Assembly (NCBI GenBank): GCA_031414315.1
Contig: JANNVF010000446.1
Span: forward strand, 1-36,435
DNA: 36,435 nucleotides
Direction: 5' to 3'
Source: Hyphomonadaceae bacterium
Lineage (GTDB): Bacteria > Pseudomonadota > Alphaproteobacteria > Caulobacterales > Aquidulcibacteraceae
The position numbers and the translations under genes were made by a program. Every line of letters begins with the position of its first letter. Position 1 is the stretch's first letter. Positions 1-7,909 of this stretch are shown here, piece after piece. The notes under the pieces were generated by a model, which worked only from the letters and a program-made list of their open reading frames with translations, was not told where the DNA came from and made no database searches.

Positions 1-196
1 TCGCCGCCCGCCGCTCGCCGCCGAGGACGTAGGCGAAGAACACCAACAGGAACGTGGACAACGCCGCGCCGAGCACGATCACGGCCCAGCCGAGCGGCGC
101 GGCGTCGAGCCCCGCCAGCGCCGGGATCAGCGCCTGCAGCCGCTCGCCGAGGCTCGCACCGAAGGCCGCCAGCGCTTGCTTGATTGCGTCGTCCAT
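1..196 (-). CDS. partial CDS (N-terminal 65 codons, runs off the window start); small hydrophobic protein of unknown function
   Basis: Minus-strand ATG at 196-194, then an open frame to the window edge: MDDAIKQALAAFGASLGERLQALIPALAGLDAAPLGWAVIVLGAALSTFLLVFFAYVLGGERRAA. GC-rich third positions and one clear hydrophobic helix. Absent from the ORF track because no stop lies inside the window. Confidence 0.5.
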   Translation of the reverse strand, partial: MDDAIKQALAAFGASLGERLQALIPALAGLDAAPLGWAVIVLGAALSTFLLVFFAYVLGGERRAA

Positions 197-801
197 CTCG
201 GTCCCCACACGGCAGACGGCGAGGCTAACATTACGGAAAGGCAGAGCGAAATCGGGCGGGGTCGCCCGGTCCATCGCTCGGGTCCGCCGCCGGTCTCGGT
301 CGGGCGAGCGAGGGCGCTTGCGAAGATGCGTCGCGCAAGTACGCACGCGTGATTATTTATCGGCGGACATAACTATACCCCCCCCCTTGCAGGGGGAGGA
401 GTGGAGAGAGGGGCGATTTCGCCATCGAATTCGGTTGGGTCCAGACCCGAGTTATATTCACGCATCGCATCCGCATGGAGGGCAGTCGGCCACTGTTCAA
501 CGGCGCGGGGCGATGCGGTTGAGCGTGGAAAGCGCCGCAGAGTCGTACAACGGTATGACGAACGCGGCGGGTCCGGGGACTGGTGTGTGAACAGCACTGG
601 CCCGCACGCCGTCGGCCCGTCACATCCGAGGCGCACCAATGCCCCGGCGTGACGACCCGGCGCACAACGATCGCGGGGACGCGGTGTTTTCGTGTCTTTC
701 TTTCTGCAATTGCGCTTCCGATGCGGAGCGCCGCGTCCCCCGCCCTCCGTTTGGGCCATCACAGGGCTCCGACTTGACTTCGCCTATATAGTTTAATCTT
801 G

Positions 802-814
802 AACCATTATGGTT
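802..814. promoter_or_regulatory. palindrome AACCA-TTA-TGGTT inside a TTGAACCA / TTGACCA / TTGAACCA repeat cluster; candidate MarR operator
   Basis: The sequence cttGAACCATTATGGTTGACCATTGAACCAgtg lies 10-40 nt upstream of ATG 840, the start of the operon that also encodes MarR. Confidence 0.3.
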
Positions 815-839
815 GACCATTGAACCAGTGGAGAGTGCG

Positions 840-1985
840 ATGCCGACCCGCCGCCATGTCCTCGAACTCCTTGCCGCCGCCCCCGCGCTCGCCGCCTGTG
901 CGCCGTCGAACCTGCCCGACCCCATCGCCGCCTGGCGCAGCCCCGGCGCCGGTGAGACCGATCCGCGCCGCCACGCGCTCGCCCACGCCGTCCTCGCGCC
1001 CAACCCGCACAATATGCAGCCTTGGCTCGTTGAACTGCATGACCACAACGAGATTGCGCTGTTCATCGACCCCGCGCGCCTGTTGCCCGTCACCGATCCG
1101 CCGAACCGGCAGATCACCATCGGCTGCGGCGCCTTCCTCGAGCTGCTCGACATCGCCGCGCGCGAGAACGGCCATCGCGCCGACATCGCGGTGTTCCCCG
1201 ACGGCGAACCGCAGCCCGTGCTCGACGCCCGCCCGATCGCGCGCATCACGCTGACCAAGGACGCCACCGTCACGAAAGACCAGCTCTACAAGCAGATCAC
1301 CGCGCGCCGCACCAACCGCGAACCCTATGATCCCGCGCGCATTCCCGCCGACGACGATCTCCGCGCCGTCAACCTGGCGGCCGCTGACGGCTCTAGCGCG
1401 GCGGTACTCGTTAACGGCTTCAACACTGACCCCGAGAGCGTGGCCAAGATGCGCGATCTCGTCTGGCGTGGCTGGGCGCGCGAGATGGCGACGCCGGCGG
1501 CGAACAAGGAAAGCGTCGACGTCATGCGCATCGGCGCCACCGAAATCGCGCGCCATCGCGATGGCCTCGTGCTGGAAGGCCCGGCGATCGAGGTCATGCA
1601 CGCGGTCGGCCTGCTGAACCGCAAGACGCTGCTCGATCCGAACTCCGCAGCCAACAAGCAGGGCGCGGCGATGTGGAAGAAGCTTGCCGACACCGCGCCC
1701 GCGTTCATCTGGATCAGCGGCGCCGACAACACCCGCGCCACGCAGATCGCCGCCGGTCGCGCCTACGCGCGGATGAATCTGGCGGCGACCGCGCGCGGCC
1801 TCGCCATACATCCGTGGAGCATGGCGTTGCAGGAATATCCCGAGATGGCCGATCTCTACGCCGAGCAGCAGGCGATGCTGGGCGCGACGGCGCAGGCGCC
1901 CGCGCAGATGCTCGCGCGCATCGGCTACGCCAAGCCGGTGAAGCCCACGCCGCGTCGCGGTCTCGACGAGCACATCCGCGCATGA
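840..1985 (+). CDS. nitroreductase-fold (Acg-like) FMN oxidoreductase family protein with twin-arginine signal and lipobox
   Basis: Track ORF 813..1985, started here at ATG 840 (GGAGAG 6 nt upstream). N-terminus MPTRRHVLELLAAAPALAAC combines an RR motif with an LAAC lipobox. The body (NPHNMQPW, ARRTNREPY) resembles Tat-signal nitroreductase-like proteins. The stop overlaps the next start (ATGA at 1982-1985). Confidence 0.82.
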   Translation: MPTRRHVLELLAAAPALAACAPSNLPDPIAAWRSPGAGETDPRRHALAHAVLAPNPHNMQPWLVELHDHNEIALFIDPARLLPVTDPPNRQITIGCGAFLELLDIAARENGHRADIAVFPDGEPQPVLDARPIARITLTKDATVTKDQLYKQITARRTNREPYDPARIPADDDLRAVNLAAADGSSAAVLVNGFNTDPESVAKMRDLVWRGWAREMATPAANKESVDVMRIGATEIARHRDGLVLEGPAIEVMHAVGLLNRKTLLDPNSAANKQGAAMWKKLADTAPAFIWISGADNTRATQIAAGRAYARMNLAATARGLAIHPWSMALQEYPEMADLYAEQQAMLGATAQAPAQMLARIGYAKPVKPTPRRGLDEHIRA

Positions 1986-2455
1986 AGGCGCCGCCATCGC
2001 GTTATGTCGAAGGCGATCCGCTGATCTTCCGCGTGCTCACCGAGATCGGGATCATCGCGCAACTGTCGCGCACGACCATGGAGCGCTCCACGCCGGACGG
2101 CCTGTCCGGCGCCGGCTTCGGTGTGCTCAGCCATCTCGCGCGGCTCCCCGGCGACTGGAGTCCGGCGCGCCTTGCGCGCGCATTCCAGGTGACCAAGGGC
2201 GCGATGACCAACACACTGCAGCGGCTGGAGGCCGACGGCCTCGTGCGCGTCGCCGCCGATCCAGCGGATGGCCGCGCCAAGCATGTGACGCTGACGAAGA
2301 AGGGCCTGAAGGCGCGCGACGCCGTGGTCGGCACGCTTGCGCCATCGATGCAGTCGCTGGCTGGGGCGCTGCCTGCGACGCTGCTGGCGGAGCTTCTGCC
2401 AAGACTGGCGATCATGCGCGCGGTCATGGACACCGACCGCGATCCGCGCGGCTAG
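1982..2455 (+). CDS. MarR family transcriptional regulator
   Basis: In frame with track ORF 1673..2455, using ATG 1982. Winged-helix signature: GAGFGVLSHLARLPGDWSPARLARAFQVTKGAMTNTLQRLEADGLVRVAADPADGRAKHVTLTKKG. Confidence 0.9.
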   Translation: MKAPPSRYVEGDPLIFRVLTEIGIIAQLSRTTMERSTPDGLSGAGFGVLSHLARLPGDWSPARLARAFQVTKGAMTNTLQRLEADGLVRVAADPADGRAKHVTLTKKGLKARDAVVGTLAPSMQSLAGALPATLLAELLPRLAIMRAVMDTDRDPRG

Positions 2456-2913
2456 ATCGCGCGACGCACCTTGAGCGTGGCGCCTTCGACGGACTCGACC
2501 ACCACCGCGTCACCCGCTCCGATCGCATCGGCGCTCGCGCCGCGCCATTCGCTGTCACCCAGCTTCACGCGACCGACGCCGTGTTCGAAACCGCCGGCCG
2601 CCACGCCACGCGCGCCGACAAGCTGTTTGGCGCGATCATTCATGGTGTCGTCGCCGGCGGCGCCGAGCAGGCGGCCCTTCACGTAGGTGTGCCCGGTCAG
2701 CGTCGTGGCCAGCGTCGTGAGGGCAAAGATGGTGAGCTGCGCCGGCAACCCGATCGGCACGAACAACAGCACGAGCCCGGTAAGCCACGCCGCCACCGCC
2801 GGCCACAGCAGGTAGGTCGTGCCCGTCGACAGTTCAGCGATGAGCAACACGAGCCCGATCGCCAGCCAGTGTGGCGCCGACAGGTGGGTGACGAACGCGA
2901 TCAGCCAGTCCAT
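2452..2913 (-). CDS. NfeD family membrane protein (partner of the SPFH protein)
   Basis: 153 aa. Three N-terminal hydrophobic helices followed by a C-terminal soluble beta domain (GVGRVKLGDSEWRGASADAIGAGDAVVVESVEGATLKV), typical of short NfeD/YbbJ proteins. Lies 36 nt downstream of the SPFH gene. Confidence 0.85.
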   Translation of the reverse strand: MDWLIAFVTHLSAPHWLAIGLVLLIAELSTGTTYLLWPAVAAWLTGLVLLFVPIGLPAQLTIFALTTLATTLTGHTYVKGRLLGAAGDDTMNDRAKQLVGARGVAAGGFEHGVGRVKLGDSEWRGASADAIGAGDAVVVESVEGATLKVRRAI

Positions 2914-2949
2914 GCGCTTCTATATGGCGATGCGGGCGCGACCGGAAGC

Positions 2950-3906
2950 TCAGCCGTTGGTGGTCGGCGTGGAGGTCGTCGTTGAAGTGCTCGCGCGGGT
3001 CGCCGGGCCGATCGTCGCGCTCAGCGCCTTCACGCCTTCCAGCAGGCCGGCGAGCCCCGCGAAGTCGGCGGGAATGATCAGCGTGCGCTGTTGCGGGCTC
3101 GACGCGAGCTGCGCGAACGCCTCAATGTATTTCTGGCCGAGGAAGTAGTTGATCGCATTGACGTCGCCCTTGGCGATGGCTTCCGACACCGCGGCTGTGG
3201 CGTTGGCTTCGGCCATCGCCGACCGCTCGCGCGCTTCGGCGTCGCGGAAGGCGGAGTCGCGGCGGCCTTCGGCGCTCAGGATCGCGGCCTGCTTCTCGCC
3301 CTCGGCGCGCAGGATGGCGGCCTGCTTGTCGCCCTCGGCTTCGAGGATCTGGGCGCGGCGGACGCGCTCGGCCTTCATCTGGCGGGCCATGGCCTCGTTG
3401 AGTTCGGCCGGCGGCGTCAGATCCTTGATCTCGATGCGGGTGGCCTTCACGCCCCACGGCTCTGTGGCGGCGTCGAGCACGGTCAGCAGGCGCGCGTTGA
3501 TGGCGTCGCGCTGGGAGAGGACCTCGTCGAGATCCATGGAGCCCACGACCGTGCGCAGGTTGGTCATCGAGAGGTTGAGAATGGCGAGGTTGAGATTTTC
3601 GACCTGATAGGCGGCGCGGGCCGGATCGATGACCTGGATGAACACCACCGCGTCGCAGGTGACGATGGCGTTGTCCTTGGTGATCACTTCCTGGCGCGGC
3701 ACGTCCAGCACCGTCTCCATCATGGAGATCTTGCGCCCGACGCCATCGATGAACGGCACGAGGAAGGCGATGCCGGGACGCAGGGTCTTGGTGTAGCGGC
3801 CGAAGCGCTCCACCGTCCATTGCTTGCCCTGCGGCACGAACTTGATGGCGTTGAAGCCCACCATCACGGCGAGCACCGCGAACACGCCCAGCACTGTCTC
3901 ACCCAT
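2950..3906 (-). CDS. SPFH domain / band 7 (stomatin-like) protein
   Basis: Track ORF 2950..3954, started here at ATG 3906 (GGAGGA 8 nt upstream), giving [27 protein letters not shown]. It has a membrane anchor, an SPFH core ([22 protein letters not shown]...[13 protein letters not shown]) and an EA-rich coiled tail. Confidence 0.9.
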   Translation of the reverse strand: MGETVLGVFAVLAVMVGFNAIKFVPQGKQWTVERFGRYTKTLRPGIAFLVPFIDGVGRKISMMETVLDVPRQEVITKDNAIVTCDAVVFIQVIDPARAAYQVENLNLAILNLSMTNLRTVVGSMDLDEVLSQRDAINARLLTVLDAATEPWGVKATRIEIKDLTPPAELNEAMARQMKAERVRRAQILEAEGDKQAAILRAEGEKQAAILSAEGRRDSAFRDAEARERSAMAEANATAAVSEAIAKGDVNAINYFLGQKYIEAFAQLASSPQQRTLIIPADFAGLAGLLEGVKALSATIGPATRASTSTTTSTPTTNG

Positions 3907-3995
3907 GACCGACGTCCTCCGGGCTTCTGCCCCCATGCATGTCTTTGACTGCAAAGAGGAAAAGAAGCGCTAAGGCCGCATGCGGCGCAAGCGGT

Positions 3996-4610
3996 TTAGC
4001 CCGCGGTGGCGAGTTCGGCCCGCGACAGCAGCAGCGCCAGCGCCAGCTCCCGGGCCCGCCCGGCGGGCTTGCCCAGCAGGCCTTCCAGCGTCGCGCCGAA
4101 GAGCCCCGCCCCCAGCGCCATGGTGATGCAGACGAGCATGAAATCCTCCAGGATTTCGGCCGGGACGGGCACGCGCTGGGAGATCCGGGTTTCGACCACC
4201 TCGCGCACGGCCTCGCGGACCAGCGTCAGGCGGCGGGATTCTCCGGTCAGTTCGAGCCAGGCGGCGAGGCGCGCCGCGCCCTTGCCCTCGAACGCGTCGA
4301 ACATGGCGGTCATTCCGATGCCCGCCATGGCGACGGGGTCACCGGTGGGAGTCGTGGTCTCCAGCACCTTTTCCACCAGCTGCCGAACCATCCGCTCCAT
4401 CAACGCGGTCTGGACCCCGTCGATCGAGCCGAAATGATGGAGCACGGTGGCATTGACGACGCCCGCGCGCGTCGCCACGTCCACAAGCTTGAGGGACTGC
4501 GGGCCCTGCTCCACCAGCAGCGCCTCGGCCGCCGCCAGAATGTTTTCTTTGGCCGCCTCCGGAGAGCGGCGAAGACGGGGCGAAGGTTTTGCGGGGTCTT
4601 CTATCGACAT
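3996..4610 (-). CDS. TetR/AcrR family transcriptional regulator
   Basis: 204 aa with an N-terminal HTH: ENILAAAEALLVEQGPQSLKLVDVATRAGVVNATVLHHFGSIDGV. Divergent from the hydrolase gene at 4685. Confidence 0.9.
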   Translation of the reverse strand: MSIEDPAKPSPRLRRSPEAAKENILAAAEALLVEQGPQSLKLVDVATRAGVVNATVLHHFGSIDGVQTALMERMVRQLVEKVLETTTPTGDPVAMAGIGMTAMFDAFEGKGAARLAAWLELTGESRRLTLVREAVREVVETRISQRVPVPAEILEDFMLVCITMALGAGLFGATLEGLLGKPAGRARELALALLLSRAELATAG

Positions 4611-4612
4611 TT

Positions 4613-4646
4613 TTGTCAGTCATTTATTGACATAATTGTCAGTAAT
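4613..4646. promoter_or_regulatory. candidate TetR operator array (TTGTCAGT direct repeats with an interleaved TGACA inverted partner and a TTGACA -35-like hexamer)
   Basis: The 74-bp divergent spacer contains TTGTCAGTCAT (4613-4623), TTGACA (4627-4632) and TTGTCAGTAAT (4636-4646). The TGTCA/TGACA arms form two overlapping inverted repeats. Confidence 0.35.
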
Positions 4647-4684
4647 GGGTACATCATGATCGTGCATCCGCAAAGGACACCGCG

Positions 4685-5530
4685 ATGACCGCCACGTCGA
4701 CCCCCGCCGACCTCACCATCACCCCGCGCGACATCCGCTTCGCCAAGGACGGCGGCGACGACCGTGCCTGGCTGGGCGGCGATCCGGTGGGCACGGCGGT
4801 GTTCAACGCGCTCTCGCTCACCTTCCCGGACGGGGAGCGCATGTTCATGGACGCGGTGCGCCACTATCGCCCGCAACTCAGCGGCAAGCTGCTCGCCGAG
4901 GCCAACGCCTTCATCACGCAGGAAGCCATCCATTCGCGCGAGCACGTCTCGCTCAACGCCGGCCTCGACCGCGCGCACTATCCGGTGGACGCCATCGAAG
5001 GCGAACTCCGCCAGCGTATCGCCACCAATCGCAAGCGCGGCCCGGTCGCGATGCTCGCGGTGACCATCGCGCTCGAGCACTTCACGGCGATGATGGCCGA
5101 CGTCTTCCTTGAGAGCGACACGCTGTTTGACAAGGCCCCCGCCGACATCCGCCGCATGTGGCAGTGGCATGCGCTGGAGGAGACCGAGCACAAGGCGGTC
5201 GCGTACGACGTGTTCATGGAAGCGACGAAGGACTGGACGCCGCGCCAGCGCTACGCTGTCCGCACGCGCGTCATGGCGCTGATCACGGTGATGTTCTCCG
5301 CCAACATCACGCGGTTCGCGGCGCGCCTGCTGGCGGCGGACGGCATGAACATCTGGCAGGCGCGCGCGAAAGTGCTGTGGTTCCTGTTCGGAACACCGGG
5401 CCTCTTCCGCACGAGCTGGAAAGCGTATTGGGACTGGTATCGCCCGGGCTTTCACCCGTGGGATCACGACAACCGCGCGACGCTCGCGAAATGGAGCGAG
5501 ATCTTCGCGAAAGAGCCGATCGCGGCGTGA
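4685..5530 (+). CDS. predicted metal-dependent hydrolase (COG3687-like, membrane-associated)
   Basis: 281 aa. His/Glu-rich motifs: FITQEAIHSREH, ALEHFTA, WHALEETEHKAVAYDV. The family name is from memory of proteins annotated as metal-dependent hydrolase. Confidence 0.78.
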   Translation: MTATSTPADLTITPRDIRFAKDGGDDRAWLGGDPVGTAVFNALSLTFPDGERMFMDAVRHYRPQLSGKLLAEANAFITQEAIHSREHVSLNAGLDRAHYPVDAIEGELRQRIATNRKRGPVAMLAVTIALEHFTAMMADVFLESDTLFDKAPADIRRMWQWHALEETEHKAVAYDVFMEATKDWTPRQRYAVRTRVMALITVMFSANITRFAARLLAADGMNIWQARAKVLWFLFGTPGLFRTSWKAYWDWYRPGFHPWDHDNRATLAKWSEIFAKEPIAA

Positions 5531-5572
5531 GTGGAGCGCGGGCGTCCTCACCCACGCTCCAATCAAAATCGC

Positions 5573-6052
5573 CTAAAGCTGGCCGAGCAGGTAGTCCGCG
5601 CTCGACACCTTGAACTCGCCGCCGCTCTCCACGTTGAGCTGCGCGACGACCCCGTCCTTCACCAGCATGGAATAGCGCTTCGAGCGCGAGCCCATGCCGA
5701 AGCCGGTGGCGTCCATCTCCAGCCCCAGCGCCTGCGCGAACGCGCCGTTGCCGTCGGCCAACATCTGGATGTCGTCGCCGACGTTCTGGTCCTTGGCCCA
5801 GGCGCCCATGACGAACGCATCGTTCACCGACGTGCAGACGATCTTGTCGACGCCCTTGGCGGAGAACTCCTGCGCCTTGTCGCGGAAGCCCGGCAGGTGC
5901 TTGACCGAGCAGGTCGGCGTGAAGGCGCCGGGCACCGCGAACAGCGCCACGGTCTTGCCGGCGAACACGTCGGCGGTGGTGGTGGGCTTGGGACCGTCCT
6001 TGGTGGCGGCCATGAAGCTGGCTTCCGGGAGCTTGTCTCCGACCTTGATCAT
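5573..6052 (-). CDS. peroxiredoxin, Prx5/PrxD-like
   Basis: 159 aa with the peroxidatic-Cys motif FAVPGAFTPTCS and the Prx5-type context (KHLPGF...GVDKIVCTSVNDAFVM). Confidence 0.92.
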   Translation of the reverse strand: MIKVGDKLPEASFMAATKDGPKPTTTADVFAGKTVALFAVPGAFTPTCSVKHLPGFRDKAQEFSAKGVDKIVCTSVNDAFVMGAWAKDQNVGDDIQMLADGNGAFAQALGLEMDATGFGMGSRSKRYSMLVKDGVVAQLNVESGGEFKVSSADYLLGQL

Positions 6053-6156
6053 GCATCTCTCCTGTTGAACGGGCGCTTCTACACGGTGACGGCAGCGGCG
6101 CCAAAGGGGCGCTGAAGCACTTGCGGCCCGGCCCCGTCCCGGTAAGCATGGGCGCC

Positions 6157-6720
6157 ATGGATGGTTCCCTCACCGGCCGCATTCTCATCGCCATGCCTGG
6201 CATCGGCGATCCGCGCTTCGAGCGCTCCGTGATCGTGATGTGCATGCACACGCCGGAAGCGGCGATGGGTCTCGTGGTCAACAAGATCAAGGAAGAGATC
6301 ACGCTGGGCGACGTGCTGGAGCATCTGGGCGTGCAGGCGCCGGAGCTGATCGCCCAGCGTTCGGTGCTGGAGGGCGGCCCGGTGAAGCCCGATCGCGGCT
6401 ACGTGCTGCACTCGCCCGACTTCGACGCAGGCGACGCTACCCAGATCGTGACGCCCGAACTGTCGCTCACCGCGACCCGCGACGTGCTGGAGGCGCTGGC
6501 CGACAATGGCGCGCCGCCGGCCCGATACGTGCTGGCGCTGGGCTACGCGGGCTGGAGTGCCGGGCAGCTGGAAAGCGAACTGCACAACAACGTCTGGCTC
6601 GTCGGCGATCTTGAGCGCACGACGATCTTCGACGACGCCCACGACAAGAAATGGACCCGCGCCATCCGCAGCATCGGCATAGATCCGAGCATGCTGACGG
6701 GAGAAAGCGGGCGGGCCTAG
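6157..6720 (+). CDS. YqgE/AlgH family protein (UPF0301)
   Basis: Track ORF 6121..6720. ATG 6157 (or 6148) gives MDGSLTGRILIAMPGIGDPRFERSVIVMCMH, the canonical family N-terminus. GYAGWSAGQLESE lies near the C-terminus. Confidence 0.88.
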   Translation: MDGSLTGRILIAMPGIGDPRFERSVIVMCMHTPEAAMGLVVNKIKEEITLGDVLEHLGVQAPELIAQRSVLEGGPVKPDRGYVLHSPDFDAGDATQIVTPELSLTATRDVLEALADNGAPPARYVLALGYAGWSAGQLESELHNNVWLVGDLERTTIFDDAHDKKWTRAIRSIGIDPSMLTGESGRA

Positions 6721-6739
6721 CTGCGCTACGGGATCGGCG

Positions 6740-7846
6740 TCAGGTCCGCCGGATCGGCGCCGGCGCGTTCGGGTTGAGCAGGCGCGCGAGATCGGTCCAC
6801 GGGATCTTCACCTCGAACGCGCCCAGCACACGCGGGCCGATGGTGTCGGACGGGATGACGATCAGCAGCGCATCCTCGGTGATCACCCAGTTCTTCACCT
6901 TGAGCGCGGTGTCGGCGAGTTCGGCTTCCGGAATCTCGAACGCCCCGCCCCGGCTGGGTTCACGCATCTGTGCTACGAGATTGCGCCGCACGCGCCGCAG
7001 CAGATCGGCCCGCCATGTCGCCGTCGGCGCAGAGAACACGTCGGTTTCCTTCAACGGCTCGCCGGTGGCCATGACGACGGTGACGACCTTGTCGGAGTCG
7101 TTCGGGTGCGCGGCGCCTACCGACATGTCGGTGCCACGGAAACGCACGCTGACCAGTTCAGGGCCGGCGTAGGCGATATGGTACTGGAGGACTTCGTTCG
7201 TCTGCTCCTGCGCGCCGTACTGCGGGCGTTGCGTCATCAGTTCGTTGAAGCGGCGGATCTGCGGACTATCGCCTTCAATGCGCGGGAAACGGATTTCCTT
7301 GGTGACGGCAAACAGCCCCGACTCCGGCCCGCCCATCTCGGCGGTGACGGATTCCGGCAACGCCTGCGCCCGGTTGATCTCCACCGTCTGGAACACGAAA
7401 CCTCCGGTCTTCTGCACCGCCTGCGTGGCGACCTGCGCACGCGCGGTGAGCGCATCCTTGACGCACTGCTCCTGCAGCGCAGTGAGCGGCACCTTGGTGT
7501 CGGCGATGCCACAGCCCACGCGGGTGGATTCCACCCATTGAGTCTGGCCCTGCGCGAGTTGCTGAGCGCCCTGCGTCGAGATCGCGCTCGCGGCCTCCAC
7601 CAGATTGGCCTTCACCTGTCCGACCAGCGACGTCAGATCGGGATCGCCGCACAGCGCCTGGCCATAGGCGCCGGTGACCGAACCGCAGGGATCGGCGGCG
7701 GCCTCCACGATCGACTGCGCGGTCGGCGCGGCGTCAGCGTCCTTGCCGTCGTCCTTGGCGCCGCAGGCCGCAAGCGCCAGCATCATCGCGCACGCGAGGC
7801 CCGCGCCACGCGCGCCGGATCGTGTCAGAGGAACGCCGATCGTCAT
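6740..7846 (-). CDS. lipoprotein with LprI-like (DUF1311) N-domain and DUF3298/RsiV-like C-domain
   Basis: Only the C-terminal 368 aa of track ORF 6740..8812 look real. ATG 7846 gives MTIGVPLTRSGARGAGLACAMMLALAACG (lipobox LAAC). The C-domain carries a VGAAHP motif reminiscent of DUF3298. Confidence 0.78.
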   Translation of the reverse strand: MTIGVPLTRSGARGAGLACAMMLALAACGAKDDGKDADAAPTAQSIVEAAADPCGSVTGAYGQALCGDPDLTSLVGQVKANLVEAASAISTQGAQQLAQGQTQWVESTRVGCGIADTKVPLTALQEQCVKDALTARAQVATQAVQKTGGFVFQTVEINRAQALPESVTAEMGGPESGLFAVTKEIRFPRIEGDSPQIRRFNELMTQRPQYGAQEQTNEVLQYHIAYAGPELVSVRFRGTDMSVGAAHPNDSDKVVTVVMATGEPLKETDVFSAPTATWRADLLRRVRRNLVAQMREPSRGGAFEIPEAELADTALKVKNWVITEDALLIVIPSDTIGPRVLGAFEVKIPWTDLARLLNPNAPAPIRRT

Positions 7847-7909
7847 ATCATCCTCGCAAAAGTCCTGCAGCGCAGGTCTAAGACCATACCCGAGGTCCCG
7901 ATCAAAGCC

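Noticed and set aside
378-386. C9 homopolymer as a phase-variation switch
   Set aside because: It is intergenic, about 180 nt from the nearest start codon and about 450 nt from the other. It is not in a promoter spacer I can define, and sequencing error in a homopolymer is also possible.
197-839. tmRNA (including the two-piece alphaproteobacterial form), RNase P RNA, SRP RNA or 6S RNA in the long spacer
   Set aside because: I searched by eye for a tRNA-like T-arm with CCA, an ANDN-type tag ORF, GGAAAGTCCGG / ACAGAA P4 motifs and the SRP GGAAG loop, and found none. A covariance-model scan is still needed.
807-1997. 396-aa minus-strand ORF
   Set aside because: It is antisense to the nitroreductase-like gene, and the plus frame has the Tat signal and family motifs.
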